Source: Candidatus Neomicrothrix parvicella RN1 (GTDB lineage Bacteria; Actinomycetota; Acidimicrobiia; Acidimicrobiales; VFJN01). Taken from it: a stretch of 64,000 nucleotides of DNA. The position numbers were made by a program, and so were the translations under genes. The first letter of the stretch is position 1. Each line of letters starts with the position of its first letter. Where the stretch lies: assembly GCA_945898515.1 (NCBI GenBank), contig CAMDIH010000001.1, forward strand, positions 13,093 to 77,092, read 5' to 3'. This document shows positions 40,164 through 49,031 of the stretch, one piece after another. The notes beneath the pieces are model-generated. The model searched no databases, had not been told where the DNA came from, and worked only from the letters and a program-made list of their open reading frames with translations.

Positions 40164-40834
40164 CAGCCCCCGTCACCGTCACTGGCCTCGGGGGCACTCT
40201 CACTGCTGGCCTCGCCATCGGCCGCTTCGCCGGCACCCTCGGCATCGGTAGCGGCATCGTCGACCGACACCACTTCAGCCACCTGACGACTGGCGGTCAC
40301 CACAGCCTCTTCGGGATCGACGGTGGTGGTAACACCGGCGGGCAGAACGATGTCGCTCACCCGCAGGGCGCTTCCGATCTGGAGACCGGAGATGTTGATG
40401 GTAAGGCCGGTGGGGATGTCGGCCGGCTTGGCGGTAATGAGGAGGGAAGTGAGCACCTGATCCACCACGCCGTCGTCGTCGGCCACATGCTTGGCTTCGC
40501 CTTCGAGGTGGATCGCCACCTCGACCTCGACGGTCTTGTCGAGATCCACTCGGATGAAGTCGACGTGCAAGATGTTGCGGCGCACCGCATGGCGCTGCAT
40601 GTCCTTCACCAGGGTGGGCATCCGCTCACCGGATACGTCGAGGTTGATGACGGCGTTGAGGCCCTGCTCGGTGATCAGGGCGGCCCGCAGTTCGCGCCAT
40701 TCCACCATGAGCGGGATCGGATCGGCCCCGAGGCCGTAGACCACGCCGGGGATTTTTCCCTCGTTGCGTAGGCGACGGGCGGGGCGGGTGCCCTGGGGAG
40801 GGCGCGGGGTTGCTTGGAGAATGATCTCGGCCAT
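40163..40834 (-). CDS. rplY: 50S ribosomal protein L25 / general stress protein Ctc
   Basis: ARRLRNEGKIPGVVYG N-terminal block. Long Ctc-type form with an acidic C-terminal tail. Confidence 0.9.
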   Translation of the reverse strand: MAEIILQATPRPPQGTRPARRLRNEGKIPGVVYGLGADPIPLMVEWRELRAALITEQGLNAVINLDVSGERMPTLVKDMQRHAVRRNILHVDFIRVDLDKTVEVEVAIHLEGEAKHVADDDGVVDQVLTSLLITAKPADIPTGLTINISGLQIGSALRVSDIVLPAGVTTTVDPEEAVVTASRQVAEVVSVDDAATDAEGAGEAADGEASSESAPEASDGDGG

Positions 40835-40943
40835 CGGATGCTCCTACGTCTGAGATCGCGCCGGAGCGCGGTGGGGTTCGTGGTTGAGGACCGGAGGCTA
40901 GTTGGTCGGCCCAATCCCGAGCCACCTGGCAGGATCTCGTCCC

Positions 40944-41822
40944 ATGCGTATCGGACTCGCCCTGCCGGCCATGCTCGACGGTCTCGACCGGCGCGGAGTG
41001 CTGGAGTGGGCCCGCCGCATCGAAGCCGATGGGTACTCCACCATTGGCTTCGGCGAGCGGATTTCCTACCGTAACCTGGAGATGTTCTCGGTGCTGAGCG
41101 CGGCGGCGGCCGTCACCGAAGCGGTCGATATCGCCGCCTCGGTGGTGGTGCTCCCGATGCATTCGGAGGTCTGGGTGGCCAAGCAGATGGCCACGATCGA
41201 CGTGCTCTCCGGAGGTCGAGCGGTGCTGGGGGTCGGGGTGGGTGGACGGTCGGAGGACTACGAGGCGCTCGACCGGCCCGTCGCACAGCGCTGGGACCGC
41301 CTCGACGCCCAGGTGGCCCGCCTGCGCCGCCTCTGGGCCGGGGAGCCACCGGTGCCCGGGCACGCGCCCCTCGGCCCACCACCACTGCATCGGATTCCGA
41401 TCATCTCAGCGGGGGTAGGACCGCGTTCCCTGGCCCGCAGCGCTCGCTGGGCCGACGGCATCAACGGATTCGAACTCGACCCCACCCCGGCGGCGCTGGC
41501 GGGTGGGGTGGATCGCGTCCGCTCGGCGTGGACGGCGGCCGGGCGAGAGGATCCACCCTTTCTCATGACGAGTTGGTGGTTTGCCCTCGGCGCCCAACCC
41601 CTTCCCCAACTACGGGGGTATGCCCGCCACTACCTCGGGGTCTTTGGCCCCGCGCTCGCCGATGCCCTCGCCGAATCCGCCACCGCGGCCGGGCCCGATG
41701 CCGTGCGAGCCGGGGTAGAAGCGGCGGCGGCGGCGGGCTACGACGAAATCCAACTCGTGCCCACGGTCACCGATTTGGCCCAACTCGATGAACTCACCGA
41801 GGTGCTCTCCGACTACCTCTAA
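40944..41822 (+). CDS. LLM-class (luciferase-like) flavin/F420-dependent oxidoreductase
   Basis: MRIGLALP..., GYSTIGFGERI, and a TIM-barrel LLM pattern. Start taken at Met-15 of ORF 40902..41822. Confidence 0.7.
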   Translation: MRIGLALPAMLDGLDRRGVLEWARRIEADGYSTIGFGERISYRNLEMFSVLSAAAAVTEAVDIAASVVVLPMHSEVWVAKQMATIDVLSGGRAVLGVGVGGRSEDYEALDRPVAQRWDRLDAQVARLRRLWAGEPPVPGHAPLGPPPLHRIPIISAGVGPRSLARSARWADGINGFELDPTPAALAGGVDRVRSAWTAAGREDPPFLMTSWWFALGAQPLPQLRGYARHYLGVFGPALADALAESATAAGPDAVRAGVEAAAAAGYDEIQLVPTVTDLAQLDELTEVLSDYL

Positions 41823-41861
41823 CCCGAGGGCCGCCCTCGGCAACCCCGGCGCCGGGAACGG

Positions 41862-42845
41862 TCAGTTCTGGTTGGCGCCGCCGAAGATCTCCGAGACGGA
41901 ATTGTCTTCGAATACCGCATCGATGGCCTCGGCCAGGATCTTGGCCACCGACAGCACCTCGATCTTGTCGATCTGCTTTTCCGGACCCAGGGGCAAGGTG
42001 TTGGTGACGATCACCTTGCTGATCACAGAGTTCTTGAACCGGTCGATGGCTGGGCCCGAGAGCACTCCATGGGTGGCGAGGGCGTAAATACCGGCGGAAC
42101 CCCGTTCCCGGAGTTGGTCGGCAGCCGCACAGATAGTGCCGCCGGTGTCGATCATGTCGTCGATGATCACGCAGGTACGGCCCTGGACGTCGCCCACGAT
42201 CTCCACGGCCTCCACGCGGTTCTTCGCACCCTTCACCCGGCGCTTGTGCACGATGGCGAGATCAGCCTGGAGTTGATTGGTGTACCGCTCCGCCACCTTC
42301 ACCCGGCCGGCATCAGGCGACACGACGACGAGATCGGCGGGGAGGTTGGTCTTGATGTAGTTAACGAGGACGGGCATGGCGGTGAGGTGGTCCACGGGAC
42401 CGTCAAAAAAGCCTTGGATCTGCCCGGAGTGCAGGTCCACCGACATCAGCCGGTTGGCCCCCGCCGAGGCAAATAAGTTGGCCACCAATTTGGCGGTAAT
42501 CGGCTCACGACCCTCGGCTTTGCGATCCTGGCGGGCGTAGCCATAGTTGGGGATCACGGCGGTGATGCGCTTGGCCGAGGCGCGCCGGGCGGCATCGATC
42601 ATGATCAGTTGCTCCATGATCACATCATTGACGGAGAGGTCCTCGGTGGAGCCGTGCGTCTGGATGATGAACACATCGGCGCCGCGCACGTTTTCCCCGA
42701 GCTTCGAGTGGATCTCGCCATTGGAGAACTCCACCAAGTTGGGATGGCCGAGTTCCACGCCCAACTGGGCCGCAATCTCGGTGGCCAAGGGCAAGTTCGA
42801 CCGGCCCGCCAGTAGGTGCAGCCTTTTCTTGGTGATCAGCTCCAT
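41862..42845 (-). CDS. prs: Ribose-phosphate pyrophosphokinase
   Basis: FSNGEI, DLHSGQIQGFF and the PRPP loop VIIDDMIDTGGT. Start at MELITKK (ATG 42845). Confidence 0.95.
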   Translation of the reverse strand: MELITKKRLHLLAGRSNLPLATEIAAQLGVELGHPNLVEFSNGEIHSKLGENVRGADVFIIQTHGSTEDLSVNDVIMEQLIMIDAARRASAKRITAVIPNYGYARQDRKAEGREPITAKLVANLFASAGANRLMSVDLHSGQIQGFFDGPVDHLTAMPVLVNYIKTNLPADLVVVSPDAGRVKVAERYTNQLQADLAIVHKRRVKGAKNRVEAVEIVGDVQGRTCVIIDDMIDTGGTICAAADQLRERGSAGIYALATHGVLSGPAIDRFKNSVISKVIVTNTLPLGPEKQIDKIEVLSVAKILAEAIDAVFEDNSVSEIFGGANQN

Positions 42846-42853
42846 GGGTTCCT

Positions 42854-43957
42854 TTAGTGCGTGGCGATGTTGGGAGTGTAGAACGCCCCGGTGTGGGTAC
42901 CTGGCGCAATTTCGGCCCCCGGTTCCAGCACGGCGTAGGGACCGACCACGCAATCAGCGCCGATGGTGCTGTGCCGGGCAACAGTGTGCTCGAGGGTGGT
43001 GTGTTCGCCCACCGTGCAGTCCACCAACCGACATCCCGGGCCAATCTCGACACCCCGTCCAATGCTGGTGAGACCTTGGAGGATCGTGCCGGGGAACAAC
43101 GTGACGTCGGCGGCGAGCACCACGGTGGTGTCGATGTAGGTAGCGGAGGGGTCCACCATGGTGACGCCTTTGGCCAGCCAGGCGGCGTTGATGCGACGGC
43201 GGAGTCCGGCTTCGGCATGGGCGAGTTGGGCACGGTCGTTGATGCCATGGGTCTCGTCGGGATCGCCCGCCATGAGCGTGACCACTCGATGGCCCGCGTC
43301 GGTGAGTACCTCCACCACATCGGTGAGGTAGTACTCGCCCTGACTGTTGTTGGGGTGCACCAGTCGCAGGGCGGGGGCCAGCAGACTGCGCCGGAAGCAG
43401 AAGATCCCCGTGTTGATCTCGCGGATCTCGAGTTGCTCAGCAGTGGCGTCGCGGTGCTCCACGATCCTCGCCACGCGCTCGTCCTTGCCCACCCGCACGA
43501 TGCGGCCGTACCCGGTGGGATCTTCGAGATGGGCGGTGAGCATCGTGCAGGCCGCCCCGGATGCACGATGCTCGGCCACGAGGGTGTCGATGGTGGCGGG
43601 ACGCAAGAGGGGGGTGTCGCCGGGCAGCACCAGCACATCTAGATCGTCGTCGAGATCGTCGTCGGGCAGACCGGTGAGACCCACGGACACCGCGTCGCCG
43701 GTGCCCAGCTGGCGGGTTTGCTCCACGAATTCGAGCCGGAGGCCGGCACTGTCCTCGGTGAGTTTCTTGGTCACGCGCTCGGCCTCATGGCCCACCACCA
43801 CCACGGCCCGACCGATCTCGGCGGCGGGGAGGGCATCAAGGACGTAGAGCACCATCGCCCGGCCACAGAGCAGATGCAGCGGCTTCGGACGGGTGGATCG
43901 CATGCGCGATCCCTCGCCAGCAGCCAGTACGACAGCGGATAGGTGGCGTTCACTCAC
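42854..43957 (-). CDS. glmU: GlmU-like UDP-N-acetylglucosamine diphosphorylase with a shortened left-handed beta-helix domain
   Basis: AVVLAAGEGSRMRS..PKPLH nucleotidyltransferase N-domain plus hexapeptide repeats. The ORF ends at ...GTHTGAFYTPNIATH, only 8 nt before the prs start. Confidence 0.8.
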   Translation of the reverse strand: MSERHLSAVVLAAGEGSRMRSTRPKPLHLLCGRAMVLYVLDALPAAEIGRAVVVVGHEAERVTKKLTEDSAGLRLEFVEQTRQLGTGDAVSVGLTGLPDDDLDDDLDVLVLPGDTPLLRPATIDTLVAEHRASGAACTMLTAHLEDPTGYGRIVRVGKDERVARIVEHRDATAEQLEIREINTGIFCFRRSLLAPALRLVHPNNSQGEYYLTDVVEVLTDAGHRVVTLMAGDPDETHGINDRAQLAHAEAGLRRRINAAWLAKGVTMVDPSATYIDTTVVLAADVTLFPGTILQGLTSIGRGVEIGPGCRLVDCTVGEHTTLEHTVARHSTIGADCVVGPYAVLEPGAEIAPGTHTGAFYTPNIATH

Positions 43958-44027
43958 CCCTCTGGTCTACCCCGCTCGGGCCACCCGCTCCCGTTCTATC
44001 GCTCCCTCGACACAAAAAACGGGGCTT

Positions 44028-44441
44028 CTAGGGGGCGATTCGTTCCGCATCCACCACGCCAGGCACCACCTGCACATAAAAGCGACCGTCGAAACCATCG
44101 GCCCGCCGGGTGTCAATGCTCACTACCGTTCCGTCGGTCAGTTGGAGCGATACCGCATCCGCCGTGCCCGCCGACCGGCCGAACACCACCGTCTGGTCGC
44201 CGAAGCTGGCGTCTTGTGGCGTCAGGCTGCAAGCCCCGGCGAGTTGCACGCCGTCGACGTACAGGAACGTGCATGTCTCGCCGTCGATGTCACGCTCGGC
44301 GGTTACCCGCCATTGGGTGGCCGCGAGCGTGCCCTCGTCGAGCGTCACGGACTTCTCGGCGTTGGGATCTTCCTGCTGGTTGAGGACCGCCCCGATGACG
44401 ATGCCCACCACCACCACCACCGGGAGGAGCAGGGCGATCAT
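44028..44441 (-). CDS. Hypothetical membrane-anchored protein
   Basis: MIALLLPVVVVVGIVIGAVL TM anchor followed by a ~115-aa beta-rich ectodomain. The upstream part of track ORF 44028..44555 overlaps the tRNA gene. An alternative ATG is at 44495. Confidence 0.5.
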   Translation of the reverse strand: MIALLLPVVVVVGIVIGAVLNQQEDPNAEKSVTLDEGTLAATQWRVTAERDIDGETCTFLYVDGVQLAGACSLTPQDASFGDQTVVFGRSAGTADAVSLQLTDGTVVSIDTRRADGFDGRFYVQVVPGVVDAERIAP

Positions 44442-44494
44442 CAAACAACCAGGGCCCGAGGGCGGCGCGCGCCGGGAGGGGGCGTCGGGATCCA

Positions 44495-44570
44495 TGGCTC
44501 GGGGGGGAGGGATCGAACCTCCAACATCCGGCTCCAAAGGCCGGTGTTCTGCCAATTGAACTACCCCCGA
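44495..44570 (-). tRNA. tRNA-Gln (anticodon UUG), CCA encoded
   Basis: Folded by hand. Acceptor stem TCGGGGG/CCCCCGA; anticodon stem CCGGC/GCCGG with loop CTTTGGA; T arm GGAGG-TTCGATC-CCTCC; discriminator G followed by CCA. Confidence 0.9.
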
Positions 44571-44725
44571 TCGGTGGCCTCAGGATACGCCCCGGGAACC
44601 CCAGCGCACGTTTCGGCCAGGATCACCACCGCCCCGGAGCCCGCCGGCGCTTCGTAGCGGCGGCCCACGGGACGATAGGCCGGCGTTGGCGTCGACCATG
44701 GCGTCACCGATAGCGTGCCAGCCTC

Positions 44726-44827
44726 ATGGGTTCATTGATCAAGACGCGCCGTACGCGCATGCGCAAGAAGAAGCACAAGAAGATGCTGAAGCGCACGCGT
44801 TTCAAGCGTAGAGCAGCCGGCAAGTAG
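44726..44827 (+). CDS. 30S ribosomal protein bS22 (actinobacterial 33-aa basic micro-protein)
   Basis: Not in the ORF track because it is too short. My translation is MGSLIKTRRTRMRKKKHKKMLKRTRFKRRAAGK*. It closely resembles mycobacterial bS22 as I recall it (MGSVIKKRRKRMSKKKHRK...). Confidence 0.8.
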   Translation: MGSLIKTRRTRMRKKKHKKMLKRTRFKRRAAGK

Positions 44828-44922
44828 CCGACTCGCTCCCCCGCACAACCGATCTCGGTGACCGACCGCCCCTCCCCAGGGGCGGTCGGTGCGCGTAGGG
44901 TCGGTTGGTGACCCCGCAGCGG

Positions 44923-45615
44923 TCAGGCCCGGAGCGTATGGGCCACCACGAAACCGTCGCCTTCGTACGCTCCCTCCACAAACCAGGTGCTGCCGCTGCC
45001 GGTGAGCACTGGGGTGTGGCCGGTGGCGTCGCCGAGACGATCGCGCCAGTAGGCGAGTTCGGGGGCCACGGCCAGTGCGGCGGGTTCGAGATCGTTGGGG
45101 CCTTGCGCTCGCGGCCCCCCGAGGTTGTCCCAGGCCCGGTACACCGTGGCGGTGGCGCAGGACACCGGCGGGGTGAGCAGGGTAAAGGTGATGGGCAGAA
45201 ACGCTAGGGGTTCCAGACATTCCCCCATGCCCGTCACCCGAGCCCGGCCGCCGAGCAGACAAAACGGCACGTCGGCCCCGAGGGCGGCGGCGAGGGAGCG
45301 GTCCGTTTCACCGGCCCAGCGCAGCACCGCGGCGGCATCGGCTGAACCCCCGCCCAGCCCGGCGCCCGAGGGGATGCGCTTGTCCAACCGCACGCGGGCG
45401 GTCCGTCCCACCGCCGCCAGGGCTCGTCGCACGAGGTTGTCATCCCCGGCCGACACATCGGCCCCACCCCCGATCAACTCCAGGCCATCGCCCTCGGTGA
45501 AGGTCAAGGTGTCGGCGAGGTCGATGGTGACCATCTCGGCCTCAATCAGGTGCATCCCGTCGGGTCGTACCCCCACCACCCGCAGCGACCGGGTCAGTTT
45601 TGCAGGAGCGAGCAC
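44923..45615 (-). CDS. ispE: 4-diphosphocytidyl-2-C-methyl-D-erythritol kinase
   Basis: APAKL N-terminus, GHMP motif IPSGAGLGGGSADAAA, GADVPFCL, TGSGSTWF. GTG start. A compact version at 230 aa. Confidence 0.85.
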   Translation of the reverse strand: MLAPAKLTRSLRVVGVRPDGMHLIEAEMVTIDLADTLTFTEGDGLELIGGGADVSAGDDNLVRRALAAVGRTARVRLDKRIPSGAGLGGGSADAAAVLRWAGETDRSLAAALGADVPFCLLGGRARVTGMGECLEPLAFLPITFTLLTPPVSCATATVYRAWDNLGGPRAQGPNDLEPAALAVAPELAYWRDRLGDATGHTPVLTGSGSTWFVEGAYEGDGFVVAHTLRA

Positions 45616-45660
45616 CCCCTCAGCGTAGAGCCGAGGGCGGGGCGGAGGGTAACGAGCGAG

Positions 45661-46473
45661 TCAGGGATTCGCCTCGGCGGCCAGGCGGAGCCAGTCGGCA
45701 ATCACGAGTTCTTCGGCGCGCGCCTCAGGACGTATACCAGCGATGGCGAAGGCCTCCGGCGTCACCATCTCGGCCAGGGAGCGCCGCAACATTTTACGGC
45801 GCTGGCCGAAGCCCGCTTCCACGAGGCTGAACACCGCCCGACGTTGGGCATCATCGCCCGCCGGTTCGTGCCGTCGGATCGCCACGAGGGCCGACTCCAC
45901 CCGCGGCGGGGGGATGAAGACGCCGGGCGACACTTTTCCCACCACCTCGGCGTCGGCCCACCAGGCTCGGCGCACCGACGGGATCCCGTAGGCCTTCGTC
46001 CCCGGCGTGGCGGCTAGGCGCTCCCCCACCTCGAGTTGCACCATCACCAGCATGCGGTCGATGGCGGGAACGGTCGCGAGTAGGTCGAGCACTACAGGGG
46101 TGGCGATGTTGTACGGCAGGTTTGCCACCAGCGACCACGTTCCCTCGCCCAGTTGGGCCGGCCAGTCCATCTCCATGACGTCGGCTTGCACCACCGTCGC
46201 CCCCACCGGCTCCACTACCGAACGCAGGATGGGCACCAGGCGGCGATCGATCTCGATGGCGGTCACCACCGCGCCCGCCTCCGCCAAACCAAGGGTGAGC
46301 GACCCGAGTCCGGCCCCGATCTCTACCACCCGGTCGCCGGAGCGCACCCCCGCCAGCCGCACGATCTTGCGGATCACGTTGGCGTCGGCCAGAAAGTTTT
46401 GCCCCAGCGCTCGCGAGGGCTCTACCCCACCGGCCGCCAGCAGCGCCCGAATCTCCGTCGGCGAGTGCGTCAC
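45661..46473 (-). CDS. rsmA: 16S rRNA (adenine1518/1519-N6)-dimethyltransferase
   Basis: GQNFL, SAM motif VVEIGAGLGSLT, and NLPYNIATP. Confidence 0.93.
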   Translation of the reverse strand: MTHSPTEIRALLAAGGVEPSRALGQNFLADANVIRKIVRLAGVRSGDRVVEIGAGLGSLTLGLAEAGAVVTAIEIDRRLVPILRSVVEPVGATVVQADVMEMDWPAQLGEGTWSLVANLPYNIATPVVLDLLATVPAIDRMLVMVQLEVGERLAATPGTKAYGIPSVRRAWWADAEVVGKVSPGVFIPPPRVESALVAIRRHEPAGDDAQRRAVFSLVEAGFGQRRKMLRRSLAEMVTPEAFAIAGIRPEARAEELVIADWLRLAAEANP

Positions 46474-46558
46474 ACTCCGAGCCTGCCAGAGTCCGGCCCG
46501 GCACCGGGGGTTGCCCGGGCGCGGCCCCGACGGTGAGCCACTTACCGGTGGCGCAGGG

Positions 46559-47242
46559 TCAGAGGAAGCCGAGGGCGCGAGCGCAACTGGGCCACTGGCC
46601 CCATCCGCCTCTGGCCTGCAGGATCATGCCGCGCTTGATTTGTTCCTCCCGCGACGCCTCGTGCGGGTAACCCGCACCACCCACATCAGTCCACATGGCC
46701 AGCGAGAACTGCAGGCCACCGAAGTAGCCGTTGCCGGAATTGATCGCCCAGTTTCCCCCGGCTTCGCACTGTGCCATCCGATCCCAGTTGGCGGGGTCGT
46801 TCGGGTCGGCGAAGCCACCGCTGACTGGAGGTGTCGTGGGGGTCGGCGCGGGGGCAGGGGCCACGGTGGTGGGGGGGGCGGCCACCCGAGCCCGAACCGG
46901 AGCGGCAGGAGCTTGGGTAGTGGGCGGGGCGGGGGCCACTGTGGTGGAGGGCGCCACCGTCGTCGTGGTGATGGCAACCGACGGCGCGGGGGCAGGTTCG
47001 AGGGTCAGCGCCGCCACGCGCACGTCTTCGGTTTCAGCGGTGGCGGGGAGGTTGTCGATCACCAACAAAGGCAGCGCGGCGACGGTGATCGCGAGGGCCA
47101 ACGCCAACCGACTGCGCCGCACGCGTGCGGTCGGTTCCCCTTCGCCGGCGACAGGATCCACGTCCGCCTCGCCCACCTGGACCACCGGATCGGTCGCGGC
47201 GGAGGGCGGCGGCGGGCGGCGGGGAGAGGGCGCTGACATCAA
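46559..47242 (-). CDS. Resuscitation-promoting factor (Rpf transglycosylase-like domain)
   Basis: C-terminal NWDRMAQCEAGGNWAINSGNGYFGGLQFSLAMW Rpf domain. TM anchor and a Pro/Thr/Ala linker. It sits next to rsmA, as rpfB does in mycobacteria. Confidence 0.85.
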   Translation of the reverse strand: MMSAPSPRRPPPPSAATDPVVQVGEADVDPVAGEGEPTARVRRSRLALALAITVAALPLLVIDNLPATAETEDVRVAALTLEPAPAPSVAITTTTVAPSTTVAPAPPTTQAPAAPVRARVAAPPTTVAPAPAPTPTTPPVSGGFADPNDPANWDRMAQCEAGGNWAINSGNGYFGGLQFSLAMWTDVGGAGYPHEASREEQIKRGMILQARGGWGQWPSCARALGFL

Positions 47243-47318
47243 GTTCGAACATTACGCGCGCCCGTAACACAACCGCAAACTACCAGCTTGTGATTTATTG
47301 AACGCCTGGCAATTGGGG

Positions 47319-48077
47319 TCAATCGGGGGGAAGTCGGTACGTGGCATGGGCCGTTTCCCAGGTGGCGGCCGCAACATCTTCAAGGGCGAGGCCCTTCAGT
47401 GCGGCGATGCGAGCCCCCACCGCGGTGACCCACGCCGGCTGATTTCGCTTCCCGCGATGCGGCACCGGAGCGAGGTACGGGGCGTCGGTCTCCACCAAGA
47501 GAGCATCAAGGGGACACAAGACCACCGCCTCGTGGAGCGCAACGGCGGAGGGAAAGGTAACGATGCCACTGAAGGACAACACTGCGCCCAGATCAAGGCA
47601 GCGCCGGGCCTCCTCGGGGCCGCCGGTGAAGCAGTGGAACACGGTGCGTTCAGGCACCCCCTCGGCCGCCAGGATGGCGAAGGTTTCCGACCACGCCTCC
47701 CGCGTGTGGATGACCAAGGTGAGGTCGTGGGTGTGGGCCAGGGCGATCTGGGCGGCGAAGACCTCTGCCTGCTGCGTCCGCGGGGAGTGGTCGTAATGGA
47801 AGTCCAGACCGCACTCCCCCACTCCCACCACCTCGGGTTCGCCCAGCAATGCCTCGAGCCCGTCGATCCCGCCACTGGCCTCGTGGGGGTGCACTCCCGC
47901 AGTGGCCCACACCACCCCGGGATGGCGCCGAGCGGCGGCGAGGTAGGCGCGCGACTGCTCCACATCACACCCCACGGTGATCAACCGCTCCACGCCGGCG
48001 GCGGCGGCCACGGTCACCTGCTCGGCGGCCACCACCGGGTCGAGGTCAAGGTGGCAGTGGTCGTCGATCCAGCGCAT
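47319..48077 (-). CDS. tatD: TatD family metal-dependent hydrolase
   Basis: IDDHCHLD, GECGLDFHY, VIHTREA, and ETDAPYL. Confidence 0.9.
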   Translation of the reverse strand: MRWIDDHCHLDLDPVVAAEQVTVAAAAGVERLITVGCDVEQSRAYLAAARRHPGVVWATAGVHPHEASGGIDGLEALLGEPEVVGVGECGLDFHYDHSPRTQQAEVFAAQIALAHTHDLTLVIHTREAWSETFAILAAEGVPERTVFHCFTGGPEEARRCLDLGAVLSFSGIVTFPSAVALHEAVVLCPLDALLVETDAPYLAPVPHRGKRNQPAWVTAVGARIAALKGLALEDVAAATWETAHATYRLPPD

Positions 48078-48102
48078 CGGGATACCGTACGACGTCAGGT
48101 CG

Positions 48103-48912
48103 CTAGCGAGAGGGCCCCGACGGTGCCGTGGTGCGACTCAGGCGGAGACTGACCAGCCCCGCCAAGATCAATACGCCACCGGCGATAGTGAGGTACAGGG
48201 ACCCGCTCGGCCCGGTCGTCGCCAGCGAGCGCGTAATCACCACCGCCAGCACGGAGGTGGAGACGGGGGGGCTGTTCGTGATGACGAGCGCCGGAATAAG
48301 CGTGACCGACGGCCCGGTGGTGGGTGCAGTGGTGGTGGGTGCCGTGGTGGTGGGTGCCGTGGTGGTGGGTGCCGTGGTGGTGGGTGCAGTGGTAGTACTG
48401 GCGGTGGGGGTGGCCCCGCAGGTGCGGTCCACCACGAGGACTGGCCCCGGCGAGTCAGGCGAGTTACGGGAGGCGGCATCGAGCAGCACCCCTGGCCAGG
48501 GCGTGTACACATAGGCATCGCGTCCGCCCGGGGTGGCGATGAAATGTTCGGCGGGGTTGAAGGTGGCCCACTGCGCAGTAGTTCGGGCGGTGAGGTCCGT
48601 CACCGTCACATCGGTGCCCTCGAGGGTGAAGGCCACATCGAGCGAGACCATCTCGGCGGGAGCGTCCAGGGTAAAATGCCAGGCGGTCCATCCCTCCACC
48701 ACCGTCGCCGAGGGACATTCCTGCGAAGTCTCCAACGAGGACGCCGCAACCCCTCGTTGACCGGCGACGAGGTAGGAATGGTAGCCAGGCCCGAATACCG
48801 CCGGGGCCTGAGCCGAGGTCGGGACCGCCCAAAACCCCAGCGCAGCCAGGAGTAGGCCCACCGCCACTGCCGCTCGAGCGAGGGGTACTCGAGCAGGGAC
48901 TACCACGGCCAC
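48103..48912 (-). CDS. Cell-wall-anchored surface protein with a LAXTG (sortase E type) sorting signal
   Basis: N-terminal signal peptide ending AQA, a ~150-aa domain, a (TAPTT)n linker, then LATTG plus a hydrophobic helix plus an RLSR basic tail. Confidence 0.7.
   Translation of the reverse strand: MAVVVPARVPLARAAVAVGLLLAALGFWAVPTSAQAPAVFGPGYHSYLVAGQRGVAASSLETSQECPSATVVEGWTAWHFTLDAPAEMVSLDVAFTLEGTDVTVTDLTARTTAQWATFNPAEHFIATPGGRDAYVYTPWPGVLLDAASRNSPDSPGPVLVVDRTCGATPTASTTTAPTTTAPTTTAPTTTAPTTTAPTTGPSVTLIPALVITNSPPVSTSVLAVVITRSLATTGPSGSLYLTIAGGVLILAGLVSLRLSRTTAPSGPSR
48316..48390. repeat. Tandem repeat, 5 x 15 bp (GGTGGTGGGTGCMGT), encoding the TAPTT linker of the LAXTG protein
   Basis: Read directly: units at 48316, 48331, 48346, 48361 and 48376. 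Three units are identical, two differ at one base, and a degenerate sixth unit follows. Confidence 0.9.
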
Positions 48913-49031
48913 GCACCCACCTCTTTCATTTCACAAGAGCACATATAGAACTCGACGATAGAAACTTGGGGCCAAACCGTCAACCACCAGGCGGGTGGAC
49001 ACCGGCGAAACCCGTGGGGAAGAAGGGTGGC

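Noticed and set aside
44441-44725. tRNA-Gln as an integration hotspot or genomic island border.
   Set aside because: No integrase, no direct repeat of the tRNA 3' end and no compositional break were seen on either side. The neighbours are housekeeping genes (glmU, bS22, ispE).
47101-47318. A possible ydaO/cyclic-di-AMP riboswitch upstream of the rpf gene, as found for some actinobacterial rpf genes.
   Set aside because: The intergenic space is only 76 nt. I could not find the conserved ydaO blocks (for example ...CAGCUAACCUCGUAAGCG...) on the minus strand. A lone GGGGAACC lies inside the coding region.
48316-48405. Regularly spaced repeats checked as a possible CRISPR array.
   Set aside because: The units are directly adjacent 15-mers with no spacers, and they lie in frame inside a coding sequence (the TAPTT linker).
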